A stretch of 64,000 nucleotides of DNA from Podarcis bocagei. Its lineage: Eukaryota. This document shows positions 26,601 to 40,917 of the stretch, piece by piece (the stretch's first letter is position 1; each line of letters starts with the position of its first letter). The notes below the pieces were generated by a model. It saw only the letters and a list, made by a program, of their open reading frames with translations, ran no database searches and was not told the DNA's origin. The stretch lies in NCBI GenBank assembly GCA_964188305.1, contig OZ076888.1. One strand, written 5' to 3'. The position numbers were made by a program, and so were the translations under genes.

Positions 26601-27384
26601 GAAATAAGACTTCTTTCAAGACTAGAAGCTTTTGGCACCCTCTTGCAGATACTGCTAAAAGATTTTTTTTTTCCCCATGGGGAAAAAAAGAAAGCCATTT
26701 AGCCAGAGATTAGCACTGCAATTTCCCACAGCCGGATGGTCACCTCAGCCTCTGAGTGAACCCAAACTGTCGCTCTGGAGAAATGGTGGCAAAAGAAACA
26801 ACGAAAGCTTCTGAAAACAAAGGTTTTTTTCCCCTTCCTTAAGAAAGGGAGAATTCAAAGATGAGTTAGTACACTGATCAATATCCACATACGCTGCTGA
26901 AAAGAAAAGTTTTTCCTGCTATGGTTTAGGCTCCTTGTAAATGAAAAAATGCCAATGACTGGAAGAGAATAACTATACTGGTTGGTTTGGTCATGGTTGC
27001 CTATGCCCCACCCTGCCACTGCCAGCTGTATTCACTCATCTTTTGGTCTTGTGTATGCAAGGCTAGGCCAAGACATTTTGCTGCCCAAGGTAGAATGGAA
27101 AATGGCACCCTGACAGTGGGCGGGGGGCGGTATCCCCAAGAGCAGCAGACTGTTTTAGTGGTTACATGGGAGGCACACACAGCTCCATCCAACATCTGCC
27201 ACCAAAGCTGTCTGCCTCACTCCGCCTAATGGTAGGGCCAGCCCTGGGTCTAGGCTCCCTGAGGAACTAACTAAAAAAGCAAAGAATTCAGTGGTGAGTC
27301 CTGCCCGATAGAATTCCCTTTTGGGAGAAAGACGCCTGGCTCCATCAGTTCTGATTTTTTTTTTTAGGAAATCCCCCTGCCTGC

Positions 27385-27760
27385 CCACCCAAGGGTCTGG
27401 AAACTAAGTCTTATGAGGAACGGTTGAGGAGTTTTAGCGTGGTAAAGAAGAGACTGAGAGGATGTTTAATAGCCATCTTCAAATATCTCAAGGGCTGTCA
27501 CATGGAAGATGGAGGAACCTCATTTTCTCCTTCTCCAGAGGCTAGGATCTGAACCAATGGGTTCCAGTTACGAGAAATGAGATTCTAAGTAAACATCAGG
27601 AAGAACCTTCTGACGGTGGGACACTCTCTCACAAGATGTGGTGGACTCTAGTTCCTTGGGGTTTTTAAGCAGAGGTTGGATGGCCCTCTGTTATGGATGC
27701 TTTAGTTGAGATTCCTGTATTGCAGTGGGCTGTTCCTTCCAACTCAACAATTTTATAATT
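27385..27760 (+). mobile_element. CR1 3' fragment (older)
   Basis: Collinear with 28970-29400; ends CCTTCCAACTC..ATTCTATG. Confidence 0.85.
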
Positions 27761-27852
27761 CTATGTAGAAGATGTGAGCCTGTGTGTCCAGAACTCTAAC
27801 CACAATGCCATTGAAACTCCCATTACAGTAATTCCCAACATGAATTGGCTGG

Positions 27853-28107
27853 AAGAAGAAGAAGAGGAGTTTGGATTTGATATCCCGCCTTATCACTACC
27901 CTAAGGAGTCTCAAAGCGGCTAACAATCTCCTTTTCCCTTCCTCCCCCACAACAAACACTCTGTGAGGTGAGTGAGACTGAGAGACTTCAGAGAGAAGTG
28001 TGAGTAGCCCAAGGTCACCCAGCAGTTGCATGTGGAGGAGCGGGGAATCGAACCCGGTTCACCAGATTATGAGCCCACTGCTCTTAACCACTACACCACA
28101 CTGGCTC
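27853..28107 (-). mobile_element. Squam3-like CORE-SINE
   Basis: (AAG)n reverse tail, CCCAAGGTCACCCAGC, B-box ATCGAACC, CCACTACACCACACTGGCT. Confidence 0.88.
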
Positions 28108-28827
28108 TGGAGAACTGCATTGCAAAACACAGAGCAGTGCGGATTTCGACGGGTGACTGTTTTTCTGTTTTGCAATATGTTTCAGAATGTGTTTAAATGC
28201 AAACTGAATCAAATCCCTCCACTTATCCCTACTTGCTGTCCCTCCGCCCCTGCCTCTGTTTTTGAGGCATTCTCTCTGCTGATTAATATTTGGGCAAGAA
28301 CAGCGGCACGTCCAAGGCTTTTTCACATGGCTGCAGGCTAACAGACTCCTTGTTCTCTGGAGCTTCAGGTCAGTGCATCATGTGAAATGTTCCGCTGACT
28401 CTGAGTCAGGAGAGGAGGCCAGTCTTTTGAGTGACCCGCCTCCTCCCTCCTCTGTTGGCAGGAAAACAAAGAAGTAGCCGTAAAAGTGGCTTGGTAGAAA
28501 TGGTCTCTCTTAGCTGCGCTGCTCTTGGTTTGTTCTCGCAGAGTGGAGCAGATGGCAGCTGCTTACTTTTTTAATTGAACAGTTTGGTACTAAAATTTAA
28601 CAAGCCAAGTTGGAGGCTTTATTTTGGCTCTCTCTTTTTTGGTCTCAGGTTAAAGAAAGGTACATTAATTTAGCACTAATGTATACATTGCCGAGACCGT
28701 CTCCACATCTCCTTCCATTAAAATGGGTTGGTAGCTGAAAATATTAATCGTGCCTTGAATTAAGAAAGTGCTGGAATAAAGGGAATGTGGAATCCAACTG
28801 ACACGGCACCATATATAGCATCATATA

Positions 28828-29404
28828 TAGCATCTAGATCAAGGGAAGTAGTAGTGCCACTGTATTCTGCTCTGGTCAGACCTCACCTGGAGTACTGTGT
28901 CCAGTTCTGGGCACCACAGTTCAAGAAGGACACTGACAAACTGGAACGTGTCCAGAGGAGGGCAACCAAAATGGTCAAAGGCCTGGAAACGATGCCTTGT
29001 GAGGAACGGCTAAGGGAGCTGGGCATGTTTAGCCTGGAGAAGAGGAGGTTAAGGGGTGATATGATAGCCATGTTCAAATATATAAAAGGATGTCACATAG
29101 AGGAGGGAGAAAGGTTGTTTTCTGCTGCTCCAGAGAAGCGGACACGGAGCAATGGATCCAAACTACAAGAAAGAAGATTCCACCTAAACATTAGGAAGAA
29201 CTTCCTGACAGTAAGAGCTGTTTGACAGTGGAATTTGCTGCCAAGGAGTGTGGTGGAGTCTCCTTCTTTGGAGGTCTATAAGCAGAGGCCTGACAACCAT
29301 ATGTCAGGAGTGCTCTGATGGTGTTTCCTGCTTGGCAGGGGGTTGGACTCGATGGCCTTTGTGGTCTCTTCCAACTCTATGATTCTATGATTCTATGATT
29401 TCTA
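28828..29404 (+). mobile_element. Young 5'-truncated CR1 LINE
   Basis: ORF2 C-terminus ([45 protein letters not shown]) and (ATTCTATG)n 8-mer tail. Confidence 0.97.
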
Positions 29405-29930
29405 CATTCTTGTGAAAAGGCACTGAGAAACCCATTCTCCAAACTGAAACTGAAAAGCAGCAACAATGAAGATCCTCCCCTTTGAATGCACCAAGGCCAC
29501 CTTGGAATAAACCAGATGGCAGTCAGGGGCCACTTATGAATTACAAAAAAGGAGAGGAAACACATCACACCCCCACAAAAGATGGGAGTGATTTGCATAT
29601 CATTTCCATAAGCTAATTTATCTGCATAGATGCAAATATACAAATAATTGTGATTTAAATACATCTCACTTTAGTGGGGAAGACTGTGACCAGGTGTGTC
29701 TGGTGTATCTGCTCATTTCGCTGTTCAGGTGCAACTTGGTGGTCCAGGCTGCTCTCCCTTCTTAGGATTCTTCAGCTCGAAACCAGATTTGGACTGTGCA
29801 GCGCCATCCCTCCACCAAAGGCCCTGCCCCCCACTGGCTTGGTATCACACCTTGCAAGTCTCTTTCTGGCCTGGCTGGAATGTGACCTTGAACTCTGATC
29901 CGGGGTGCTGACTTGAATAAAATATTTGTG

Positions 29931-29976
<46 letters not shown>

Positions 29977-30160
29977 GTAAGGCCCACCCTGCATAAATGA
30001 TCACAAGACATGGAACACACAAACCATTTGAATAGCAATGTCCATGAACTTTGGGAAGGGGCTGAAATATTTTATTGGAGGGCCCTTGAAGGGACCTCAA
30101 CCCCTAGGAGTTGGCTGCTATTACTCTGATAATGTCCCTTGCCTGGATGGAGGAAAGAGT

Positions 30161-30201
<41 letters not shown>

Positions 30202-31757
30202 CATAGGCGTTGACTCCTAAGGGCTGAGGCTGTTTCAGCCCCCCAACTTTTTTTTTAGGGGGCAGGGCCACCTCAATGTTCAGAGGTGATTCAACTCTGC
30301 CCCCTAACCCCCCTCAATCGTCTGGTGGAGCTGGCACCCCTGTTGTGTAGAAACCAACCTACTGCACAAAAGTAAATTTTTAATCCACAGCTCCACCCAC
30401 TTTTCCCTCTGGCCCCATGGCACATGGACCTTGAAAGCTTGCAAAGAAGGGATCATGGCCCTCAGGCTCGGAAAAATCCCCTACCCTTGTACCACATAAA
30501 GACACCTTCAGAGAAGGTAGATAGATCCAGATGATCAAGAGGCCCGGTCCTATCTTAAACCAGGTGGCCATGGAATTATGGGTCTCCAACGCCATAAAGA
30601 TCTATGTGACAGGCTTTCATTGTATGGCTGCCACACAAACAGGATGTCTGAGGAACTGGCAGTGGAGGGGAAATAAGGAAGAGAGAATTGGAACCGTTTC
30701 CCACAAACCCTGAGCTTAAATGCCAAACATGCCTTCTCGGCTCTTGGGGAAATCATAATATTGTCAATTGAAATTACCTAAAGAGGGCATGATTCAGCCG
30801 CAGTAGAAGCAGCGCTGTGCTCAGCTAACCCAATGCAACCACTGCTTCTATCACACGCTGAATTTGGGCTGGATTTGTGCCCACGTTTTCTAGGATGGAA
30901 GTCTGGAGGGAGACAAGCAATAATCTTACACTTCCTTAAGGCTGTTCGCAAACAGCAGACCTTGCAGCTACAGACGCTGCCAGCTCTCCATTTATTCCAC
31001 CCGTCCTCCCGCTCTTCTGCTTAGTAAGGCATGACTCAAGAGAGTGGCTCTTGCTTTTTAAAAAAGGAAAAGGAAAAGAAAGGAAAGAATTGATTTGTTT
31101 TTAGAGAGGCTTTGATTTCAAATCAATTCCCCAATTAAACAACAACAACAACTTAAGGTTTATGGTTGGCAGAGAATGAGAATTTCTTTGTGTCCCCCCC
31201 CCCCGCCCAATGTATGTGTGCTCAAAAGTGCTTTCATTGCCATTATTTTAGATCCATTTTAGATCCATTGCTTTCTGATGGGGCTTCTTTGCATTCTCTC
31301 TCTCTATCTCTCCCTCTCATAAGCTAGACCACGGCCTTGAATCTCTCTCTACAGCACTCTAAAGATTATTCCAGTGGAATTTAAGAAGCTACCTGAAGCT
31401 TCAGTGAGCTATCTGTGGAGTGACCTCTCCCAATTGCTTTACTCCATATTTCAAGGTTAATCTTGATATATGAATCCCTTGAAGCCAGTGGCTTCTATGT
31501 GCGTAGAAAGAATTGTCCATTTCCCCCCTCACATCCTGCTCTAATCAAGGATCAACAGAGATAAGACAATAAACGGAAATATTCTTGAAGAAAGGGACTT
31601 GGAATCACCCAGGTGTGGCTTGCAATCACCTCCTGAGCCCAGAAAAGAGGTTTACTACATCTAGCAAATGTTCAGGATCTTGTTATCTTCAGATATGTGG
31701 GTGCTTCATCCCTGCACAGTTATATTGGAGCTCTCTATAGGGAAACTGCTTCTGCAC

Positions 31758-31759
<2 letters not shown>

Positions 31760-31820
<61 letters not shown>
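31760..31820. repeat. (CT)n(GT)n microsatellite
   Basis: Direct; similar tracts at 29938-29973, 30162-30199, 39286-39334 and 42898-42921. Confidence 0.95.
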
Positions 31821-31821
<1 letters not shown>

Positions 31822-32489
31822 TGTTGCTTGTCTGTCTGTCTGTGAAGGGAACCTGGATCATTAGTATTAATAAGACTGTCTACAGTTCTGATAAGAAATG
31901 CAGATTGAAGAAACTCCCGTATACTCATCTTTCTCTCAAGTTGATGTACTATGAGTCTTATCCCATCATTAAAATTTTTGTCTTATTGTTCTGCACTGGC
32001 TTTTAAAATCTCAATACTTTTGATTGTGTGTGTTTAATTATTATGTTGGTTGCCTTAATTGCTGTTGTAGAAAGAAGGTAGTGTAAAAAGAACCTCTTTC
32101 AAATAAATAAATAAATGATCTCAATTGGGGGGTTTTTTCTAGATCAAAAGGCTCTTATCATTTTGCTATATCAGCTAATTATTTAGAGGTGTGTGTGTGT
32201 GTGGAATTAAATTATAACTATACTATATATAACTTTCACTTTCATTGGTCTTTGTCAACTAAAAGCATCTCTCCAAGGTACTATGTAAGAGTCTTTCACA
32301 GGTGAGCTCTTTTATCTCCAGACAGAAAGAACTGAACCAAGAGCTTTACACACAGATGCAAGCCTACAGATGTTGCTGGACTACAACTCCCACAAGGCAT
32401 AGCCAGCATGGCCAGTGGTCAGGCATGATGGGAGTTGTAGTCCAGCGACATTTGGAGAGCCACAGATTCCCCACCCTGGTCGTCATAGC

Positions 32490-32950
32490 CTAAGAAGAGC
32501 CCTGCTGGACAGAGCAAGGGGCCATTTAACTCATCATCTTTTCACAGAAAATGGAAACCCACAAGCAGAGCATGAAAGCAGCAAACCTCCATCAGAAACT
32601 TTCTACCTCTGAACATAAAGGTTCAGTTTATCTCCCATAAGTATTTACTAGACAAATCCTTTGTTTAATGCCCATTTAAAGCCACCTGAACTAGTGACCA
32701 TCACTACATCATTTAACAGCAAATTCCAGAAGTGAATTTGTTGTTATTTGTAGGACTTTGTGCTGCTGTGTCGAATCTCCTGCTGATCAATTTTCATTGG
32801 GTGATCCTGAATCCTACCGCTAGAGAGAGGAAGAGACATTTCTCTGTATCCACTTCTCCCATACAATGCACAATTTTATTCACCTCTACTGTGTTTCTCC
32901 TCCAGCAGTTGTTTTCCAGTCTTCCAGATGACCTGTTTATCAAGCATTCA
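32490..32950 (-). mobile_element. Old CR1-type LINE 3' fragment
   Basis: TAAGAAGAGCCCTGCTGGA reverse-tail motif shared with 53770-54320 and 40600-40700. Confidence 0.55.
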
Positions 32951-34482
32951 CCCTGACTTGTCCGCACAAAGTTTGTGAGGAGGTTCGACAACCCTGGCTA
33001 TTTATTGTGCATTCATTGTGACTTGTTTGCAAGGAGGTTAGATGACATTGTGCCAGTCAAACGCCACTCCAGCGTAGTTCCCCTTTACTTTCCCTTTTCA
33101 CAAAAAGTCCAGTGGGTGGGCTTGTTGTGCAAGTGCTCCACACAAACTCCAATTGTGCAGCTTGAATTCTCTGGTATCTGGTCAAATCCCACCCCCAAAA
33201 TAATGACAGTATAGATGTGCCACACACCTCAAAACTCCAAACATTTAAACCATTTCTTCCCTGCAAGGAAGGTGCTCCCACACCTGGCTCATTTTGGTTG
33301 CCCCGTTCCACACATTTTCCAGCTCTGTTATATCCCCTTTGAGAAGGATTGACTAAAACTGCACCTAGGATTGCTTGCTTGAAATCCTGGCTGTTAAAGT
33401 TACATGTTTGCAAATATGGGACACAGTTTTCCATGTGGGCAAAAGCCAGAGGCAACTAAAGCCATCACTTCTTTGCGGCTGTGAAAGGTTTAAGTTCTCA
33501 GATTTAGGGCAGCTGTTGAGAGACAAGTCCCATGGCCTGGAGGCCGAACCAATGTCTTCTTTCATACACTTGAGAGATAGCTGTGCAATAATATTTCAAA
33601 TCCTCACAAATTACATGCAATAATGCATTGCATCTATTTGGACTCTTGTTCAAATGAGAAAGTAGGAAACTGTCTTATGCTGAATCAGACCACTGGACCA
33701 TCTTGCTTAAGATAGTATCTATATATATGGTCTATTCACTTTTCTTGACTTGTGAACTGCTCAGAGATTTATGGATGATGACTGTTAAATGCAGAATGCT
33801 GAACTCAATAGCCCATTGTCTAATATAGCATTGGCAAGTCTTACATTCTTATTCACATTTTTTGCAGTTTCATTTAAATTAGCCCATACACCTAATTACA
33901 AACTATTATTTATCTCATTAATATATATCTAATGTCCATGAAGTTACCATTCCACCCACCCCCCTTTTTGGAACCATCTTTCAGGACAAAATGCATCTTA
34001 TAAATCTTGCTTCTGTCAAGAGAATATCTGCAAGATATCCAGTGTTGCCCCACAGTCTAGACAAGATGCTCTTTTAATATAGTGAGTTTTGCTGTCGCTG
34101 GACAAAGAGTGCTGTTGACACCTTAAACTCTCTAGAGGTGATGCAATAAAATGAAATAAAAATCAACATATCAGGTGAATCTCTCTCCAGGGTTCCTCAA
34201 ACGCTGAGAGGAGAAGCATGCAAATAAACAATCCAGAGGATTCATCCGCACTTCCAGCTTTGGCATGTAAACTCTGATTGAAATTCAACAGTGTGACATT
34301 GATTGCAGGGTCCTCTTATTAAGCTGTCACAGTGAAAAGTGGAACATCCCTGTTCAGAGCGATGCCCAGGCATACACAGGCGCTGTGGACAAACAGAAGA
34401 AAGCTAGTCCTTTCATGTGTTTCCTGGGGACATCTGGCTTGTCCCAGTTGGAGACTCACATGGACAAATAATCAGGTTGTTG

Positions 34483-34485
<3 letters not shown>

Positions 34486-34527
<42 letters not shown>

Positions 34528-34965
34528 TGAATTTATATATTGCCCTATACCTGGAGGTCTCAGGGCGGGTCACATAAAAAGATCACAATATATAAAATTA
34601 AAATAAAAGCAATAACCCAATAATACTCCCCCCAAAAGAGCCACATTTTAAAAGGGTATGGGCTGTTGATCAGGAGAAGCAAAGGCCTGGTTAAAAAGGA
34701 ACATTTTTGCCTGGTGCCTAAAGGTGTACAATGAAGGCGCTTGGCGAGTTTCCCTGAGGTGAGCTTTCTACAGACTGAGAGCCACTGCAGAGAAGGCCCA
34801 TTCTCGTGTTGCCACCCTCCAGACCTCTCGAGGAGGAGGCACATGAAGGAGGGCCTCAGAAAATGAGGCAGGTTCATATGGGAAGAGGCAGTCCTGAGCT
34901 GTTTAAGGCTTTATCGGTCAAAACCAGCACTTTGAATTGGGCCTGGAAACTAATCGGTAGCCAGT
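34486..34965 (-). mobile_element. L2 LINE 3' fragment with (AAT)n tail
   Basis: Reverse complement similar to 61680-61960 (GTTTAAGGCTTTA..GGTCAAAACCAGCACTTTGAATTG; CCACTGCAGAGAAGGCCC). Confidence 0.85.
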
Positions 34966-37805
34966 GCAGTGCATCTCTTGCTTATTGATACAGATCGCCT
35001 TCCCCCTGCTTTTCAGAGTGGCTCCCAGTTTGTGCCAAGCAGGCTTTTGGAGCGGTTTACCATGAGTAATTCCGCCACACATTGCTCAGCCCCTGTAATT
35101 GACATGCAGCCGGGGGGGGGGGGGGAGGAAAATAGCAGCCTCCACTCATTGCAGATGATTTGCACAAACTCATATTTAGCACCCGGGAGCTGGGGCTAGG
35201 GGAGCTGCTGCCACTGGGCAGATCAATTCAGCACATCAGTCCTATGTTATCAGAAGCTTGCCAAGCAACGCTCCCCCCACCTGCAGACTTAGCAAGAGAT
35301 GACGACGCTAGCCAAGGCGGAGGAACCTGAAGCCAGACAGGATATTCAGTCACCCTCAAATGGAGAAGATGACATATCAGTTGCATAAAATTAATTTATT
35401 TAGTTAAAGGAGGTGTTAATTAAGAGATCTCATTTATTGTGCCTTTGCAGAGAGCTCTCGGGGGCCTTTGAACTGTCAGCTCTGGTGACAGCAGAAGCTA
35501 ATGGTGTCACAAGTTAATAATAGGATGATTCATGTTGAGGAATAAAGTGGAAGAAGGCACTGCATAAAAGGTGGGAAGGAAAGGGGGAAGGAGGTGAGGG
35601 CGTGTGGAGGGGGGGTCACCACGCAGCTACACACGGGCTGATCTCGTGGAATGCGGCGTGCGTTACAAGAAACGGGCTTTGCCGCTCCGTTAAAAGGAAA
35701 AGGAGAGCCAGGAGTCTGGAATCGGGCAGCTTGGGAACTGCTCCTTTGTAAGGCGAGAGGTGCTCATCAATTATATTTATAAGAGCCAAACCCGTAGGCA
35801 TAGATAAAGACAAGTGGTCCAATCGTATCTTGCCTCCTCCATCATCCACATCAACTCGGTGAAGTCAATTTGCAGTAGGTTCAGAACAGACAAAAGGAAA
35901 TGCATCTCTTCACTGAATGCATCTTGTGTCCAGAAGTATAGTGTTTTATCCCCGACATGGAATGCCATATAGCTGTTGATGTCACCAGGACTGACCCTGA
36001 ATGAATTTATTGAACCCTTTACAAAAGCTATCCAAGCCAACAGCAGCCACAGCCATGTCTTATGCTGGTGGAGTTCATAGGCTGGTGTTTGTGCCGTGTG
36101 TGTGTCTCTGTGTTAAAAAGTCTGTTCATTTTGTCTTTCTTTCCCCAACTTACCGCAAATCAACTTTATTGGATAATGTGGAGCATTCTAAGAGATGCGG
36201 AGGATGCAAAAGACTTTCAGTCCACTTCTCCTTATCTGTATGAGTTTTGCTCTTATAAATATAATTAATGGGAGCCTTGTGTCTTCCCAAAGAAAAATGT
36301 GGCTCTCCACACCATCCATAATTTTACAAGCTCTTGAGTTGTCTTTCGCTGCCTGAACTATGCAGGCCTCAAAGCATTAGCCTGTCCCCATAAGGAAGGT
36401 GCTAAAACTCCTTTATCATGTTAACTGCCTGTACATAGGAAGCTGCCTTACATCCAGTCAGACCCATCGCTCCATCAAGCTCAAAATTGTCCACACTGAT
36501 TGGCAGAAGCTCCCCAGGGCTTCAGACTGTGGAGGCAAAGCTTAGCCATTATGGCCAGTGCCTACTGAGAGCCTTCTCATCCATGTGTGGAGTGTGACTT
36601 GTTGCCAGCGGCCTCTGTTCAGCTCAAACATTAGCTTTCTGCATTAGAGTAGTAAGAGAAAAAGGGAAGGTATTTGCCAAAGGATGGAATCACAGAATTG
36701 TAGGACTTCCGTACATCCAGATTTTCCCAGACATAGACTAGATTCGGCAATTGGAAACAGTGTCCGACCAGAAATTGTTGAAATGGCTGGGGAAATCTGG
36801 ATGTACAGCAGCCCATGCTAGAAGTCCAGATTTTGACGAATTTCCTTAAAAACTTTTTTTGTAGAGTTGGAAGGGACCCCGAGGGCCATCGAGTCCTACC
36901 TGCTGCAATGCAGAAATCTCAACAGTCAATTTGAAACCATACTGGGCCCTGCTTAGCTTTGCTGCACTGCTAGGTTTAGCTGCTGTGGCCCTACCAGGGA
37001 CAGCTCTCTAGGCTGATAAGCTGCCTCACTGCTGTTCCTCTAGATGACAGTCAGGCTCCACCTTCACACTTGATGAGCTTGAACTGTACAGAGCAGGAGG
37101 GGGAAAGGGGCAGAATGAGGACGGAGGGTTTGGGGGAGGGGGAAGAGTCTCCGATAGACATATAGATGAATACATTGCTCTTCTGGAGACCTGGCATGGT
37201 CACATACTTCACACTGGTGCCTGCTCATTTCTTGGCATCCTTGAGATGGTGGATGAATTTCTGGAAATGTGACAGCCACCTAGCTGTGCCGCTCCATTTG
37301 CTAACTAGAAAGGGCATTCTGTGTGTGTGTGTGTGTGTGTGTTGAAGTTGCAGCAAGTTCAGCAAGAGAATAAGAGCCTTGGGGAAACAAGAGGAGAGGT
37401 GTTGCATCATCTGCTGTTGCTGTTATTGGGCATGAGGTTTTCAAGCGGTAGAGACACCCCCCCCCCCATTTCTCAAAACAGAGTTTTCAGGAGCTCCATG
37501 TGTTCGTTGTGTCACTGAGAATTCACCTCTGTGCAGCTTAATTCCCTGTACTGGATGCTTGCCCCCAAGAGTGGGATGAAAAGAATCTCCTTTCCTTTGC
37601 AAAACTGGTCCTTGACCAATGTCAGCCTGCCCCTGCCTTTGATGGCACCTGCAGCTTCTCTTTCATTGCTGCTGATTCTTTTCCAGGAGAGGTTTCATTA
37701 AAGAGGACATTGTGTGACTCAAGGGAGGATGGGAAGGACAAGGAAGTACAATGACAGCAGAAGCAGCCCCCCCAACAAGAATCGATGCTCCAAAGATTGT
37801 CTAAA

Positions 37806-38245
37806 CCAGCCTTCTGCAATGCAGTACCCTCCAGATATTGCTGGCCGCCCTTCTTCTCTGTTGACCATGCTGGCTGGAGGCTGATGGGAGTTGGAGTCCA
37901 GCAACATCTGGAGGAGCTGCTGATTCCCCATCTCTGCTGCTGAGCATGAATTGGTTTGACAGATGCATTTGCTTCTCCTGCCTTCTCCAACTTGGTGCCA
38001 CCCAGATGTCTTGGAATGCAATTCCCATATTGCAGGGCTATAGTTCGAAACATCTGGAGGGCACCAGATTGAGGAAGCCTGTTCTTAGTGCTCTGGGGTT
38101 TGCAGCTTCAGGGCAGAGGTGGGAAACCTTTGGTCCTTCAGATGTTGCTGAACATCTGGGGATCAACCCATCGCTGACCATGCTGGATTGTGCAGATGTA
38201 AGTTGGGAGCCCAACATCTGGAAGGCACCATGTTGAGGAAGGCCG
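37806..38245. mobile_element. Cluster of three degenerate palindromic MITEs
   Basis: Three CCAGATG..CATCTGGA hairpin units at about 37806-37935, 37978-38080 and 38109-38245. Confidence 0.7.
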
Positions 38246-39286
38246 ATCTAAATATATGCCTGCCAAAACACATGTCCCACACTTATAACATATCAGAGCT
38301 GCTTGTGTGATGAGGAAATGGCATTGACATGGTTGCATTTTCCTTTGATTCTACCCCATCATGTGTAGTGGATAGTGTGCATAACTTGGATTGGCTAGAG
38401 CACATGGGCCGACTGAGATCAGTTTGTGTACTCTAAGGAACAGGTACTTCATTTCAGCTCTTCCCAAATGAAGGTGTTCCTTCCTCATGGCACCATCTGC
38501 CTTTGGTCCCTCTAATGCTCTGCCATGAACCTCCTTGGAGGAGAACAGTCTATCTCAGAGTTGTAGTAGGATGGAATGGACTGATCGCATGCATGGAGCA
38601 ACCAGGTCCTTGGAGAAACAGAGTGATAAAAAATATGAGATGTATAGGTGGGTACGTAGCTAGGTAGATATCTACATATATAGCTAGCAGCATGGGACTG
38701 ACATGAAGAACAAGAGGAAGGAGAGAGGGAGAATTAAATGACAAATTTCATTAACATATGTAAAATTCTCCACAGGTTTGTTTGTTCCAGAGTTGACATT
38801 TCTTCAGCAATAATATTAGGTCAAACCCAGCATGCCATCAACAGACTCATTTGGAAGATAAGCAAATTCTCAAGTGAATTAAATGATGGATGGCGAATAG
38901 AGGAGAGGCAACGTTCGAGGTACAAGCTCTGCTTCCAGAGCACCAGCAGGGGTTGCTCTTGAGTGAAGAATGGGACCGTGTCACGGAGGGGAATGGAATG
39001 AATATGTAAGGAAGAGACCAGATCATTTGGGATTCGTTTAAACCACAATGTCAGATCCTATAAATCTGAGGACTTTGCATATTTCCATATTTATATATGA
39101 AAATCTCATGAATTGGCTTAAAGGCAATTGAAATAAAAACAGGACTGTCAGAGCTTGAAAAGTGCCAGCAAATCTCTAACAGACCATTTAATACAAATGT
39201 ATGGATCTGAAGAAGCTCTGAGCAAGCAGAGGAATTCAGCATGCACTAGGGATCTGCAACTGGCTTTCCTGCTCTTGAAATCAACT

Positions 39287-39334
<48 letters not shown>

Positions 39335-39879
39335 CTGTTCCACAGAATGTAGGTGGGTAGAGAAATTGGGAGGAACATTCCACTAAATGTCTCCAGGGTA
39401 AGGAGAAATTCTCCAAGTTTCTCACCATTAGCTGTGGTGAAGGCTTTACTTCTCCACGCCCCCCTCACAGTAGCAACAACTGAATTGGCAGCCTGGCCAC
39501 CATTTTGTCTCCTCCAATGCCCTGGGTCTAATTCTTGGATACTGCATGTGTGTGTGTGTGTGTGTACACATGCATGGTAGGGGTGAGAATGAGGGAGAAT
39601 ACCTGGGGGACATTTAGCAGAGCATCAACAAATTTCTTAGACAAAATGTCTGCTGTGTAATTTTGGTTAAAACCTAGATGGGTGCTATCACTTTTTGCTC
39701 CCTCCAAAATTGCAACATGGTCTGGTAATGGGCAACTCACCTCTCATAACAAATTATTGTGTGAATTAGAAACCTGGCAGGTTACTGCTTGGTAGAATGG
39801 AATCAGGAATTGGTTGTTTACCTCTCCCGCCAATACACACACTCACAATCTCCAGGATCAAGACCATAAGACCTTAAGA

Positions 39880-40487
39880 AGAGCTGAGACCATATAACAC
39901 CAGTCCTGAAAGACATACACTGGCTCCCAGCGCGTTTCCGAGCACAATTCAAAATGTTGGTGCCAGTGGCGTAGCGTGGGGGGTGCAGGGGGGGCCGGCC
40001 GCACCGGGTGCAACATCTGGGGGTTAGGGTTAGGGGCGCAAATCCATGGGTTAGGGGGCGCAAATTACTTGCCTTGCCCCGGGTGCTGACAACCCACGCT
40101 ACGCCACTGGTTGGTGCTGACCTTTAAAGCCCCAAACGGCCTCGGTCCAGTATACCTGAAGGAGCATTTCCACCCCCATTGTTCAGCCTGGACACTGAGG
40201 TCCAGCACTGAGGGTCTTCTGGTGGTTCCCTCACTGTGAGAAGTGAGGTTACAGGGAACCAGGCAGAGGGCCTTCTAAGTAGTGGCACCCGCCCTGTGGA
40301 ACACCCTCCCATCAGGGAAATAAACAACTACCGGTATCTGACTTTTAGAAGACATCTGAAGGCAACCTTGTTTAGGGAAGTTTTTAATGATTGATGTTTT
40401 ATCGTGTTTTTAATATTCTCTTGGGAGCCACCCAGCCAGATGGGCAGGGTATAAATGATTTTATCATCATCATCATCATCATCATCA
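39880..40487 (+). mobile_element. L2 LINE 3' fragment interrupted by a hAT MITE
   Basis: HITPVLKDIHWLP motif, then a near-identical match to 61680-62050; (ATC)n tail. Confidence 0.92.
39964..40109 (-). mobile_element. hAT-type MITE with TTAGGG motifs, copy 2 (146 bp)
   Basis: TIR CAGTGGCGTAGCGTGGG; perfect TSD GTTGGTGC (39956-39963, 40110-40117). Confidence 0.95.
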
Positions 40488-40762
40488 AGAAAATGGCCCA
40501 TCTAACTCAGAGTCCTGTTCTTTCATTGGCCAGCCAGATGCCTATGAAGAACCTACAAGCAGGACCTGAGCATAACAGCACCCTCCCCACTTTGGATTGA
40601 AGGCAGGATGCCTTCCCCAAAGGCATCTGATTGGCCATTGGGGGAAACGGGATACTGAACTAGACACACCTATGGGCTCATCCACCAGGGCTCTTCTTAT
40701 TCCTGGAGAAGTCACTGAGTGGTCGTCAGCGTAGGGCTATTCTTAACAGCTCTTTGCTTAGG

Positions 40763-40917
40763 ATCATGGAAATGGTGAGTTGGAAGGGACCTCAAGGGGC
40801 ATCTAGTCCAACCCCTGGGCAATGCACGAATCCTGCCCACAGCCATCCCTGGGGGGCCTTGAACCTCCAGCCTTTTGGTTAACAGCAAGGCGCACTGACC
40901 TGTTGTGCCACCGGGAG
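40763..40917 (-). mobile_element. SINE: tRNA-Asn(GTT)-like head plus CR1 3' tail
   Basis: Minus strand GGTGGCACAACAGGTCAGTGCGCCTTGCTGTTAACCAAAAGGCTGGAGGTTCAAGGCCCCCCAGGGATG resembles vertebrate tRNA-Asn; tail GGGGTTGGACTAGATG..GGTCCCTTCCAACTC. Confidence 0.75.

Noticed and set aside
28785-29225. 146-aa ORF as a host gene
   Set aside because: It is the CR1 ORF2 C-terminus of a 5'-truncated copy
1025-39468. ORFs with THTHTH, CVCVCV, SLSLSL, ERERER, poly-N, poly-Y or poly-I runs
   Set aside because: Translations of microsatellites, not genes
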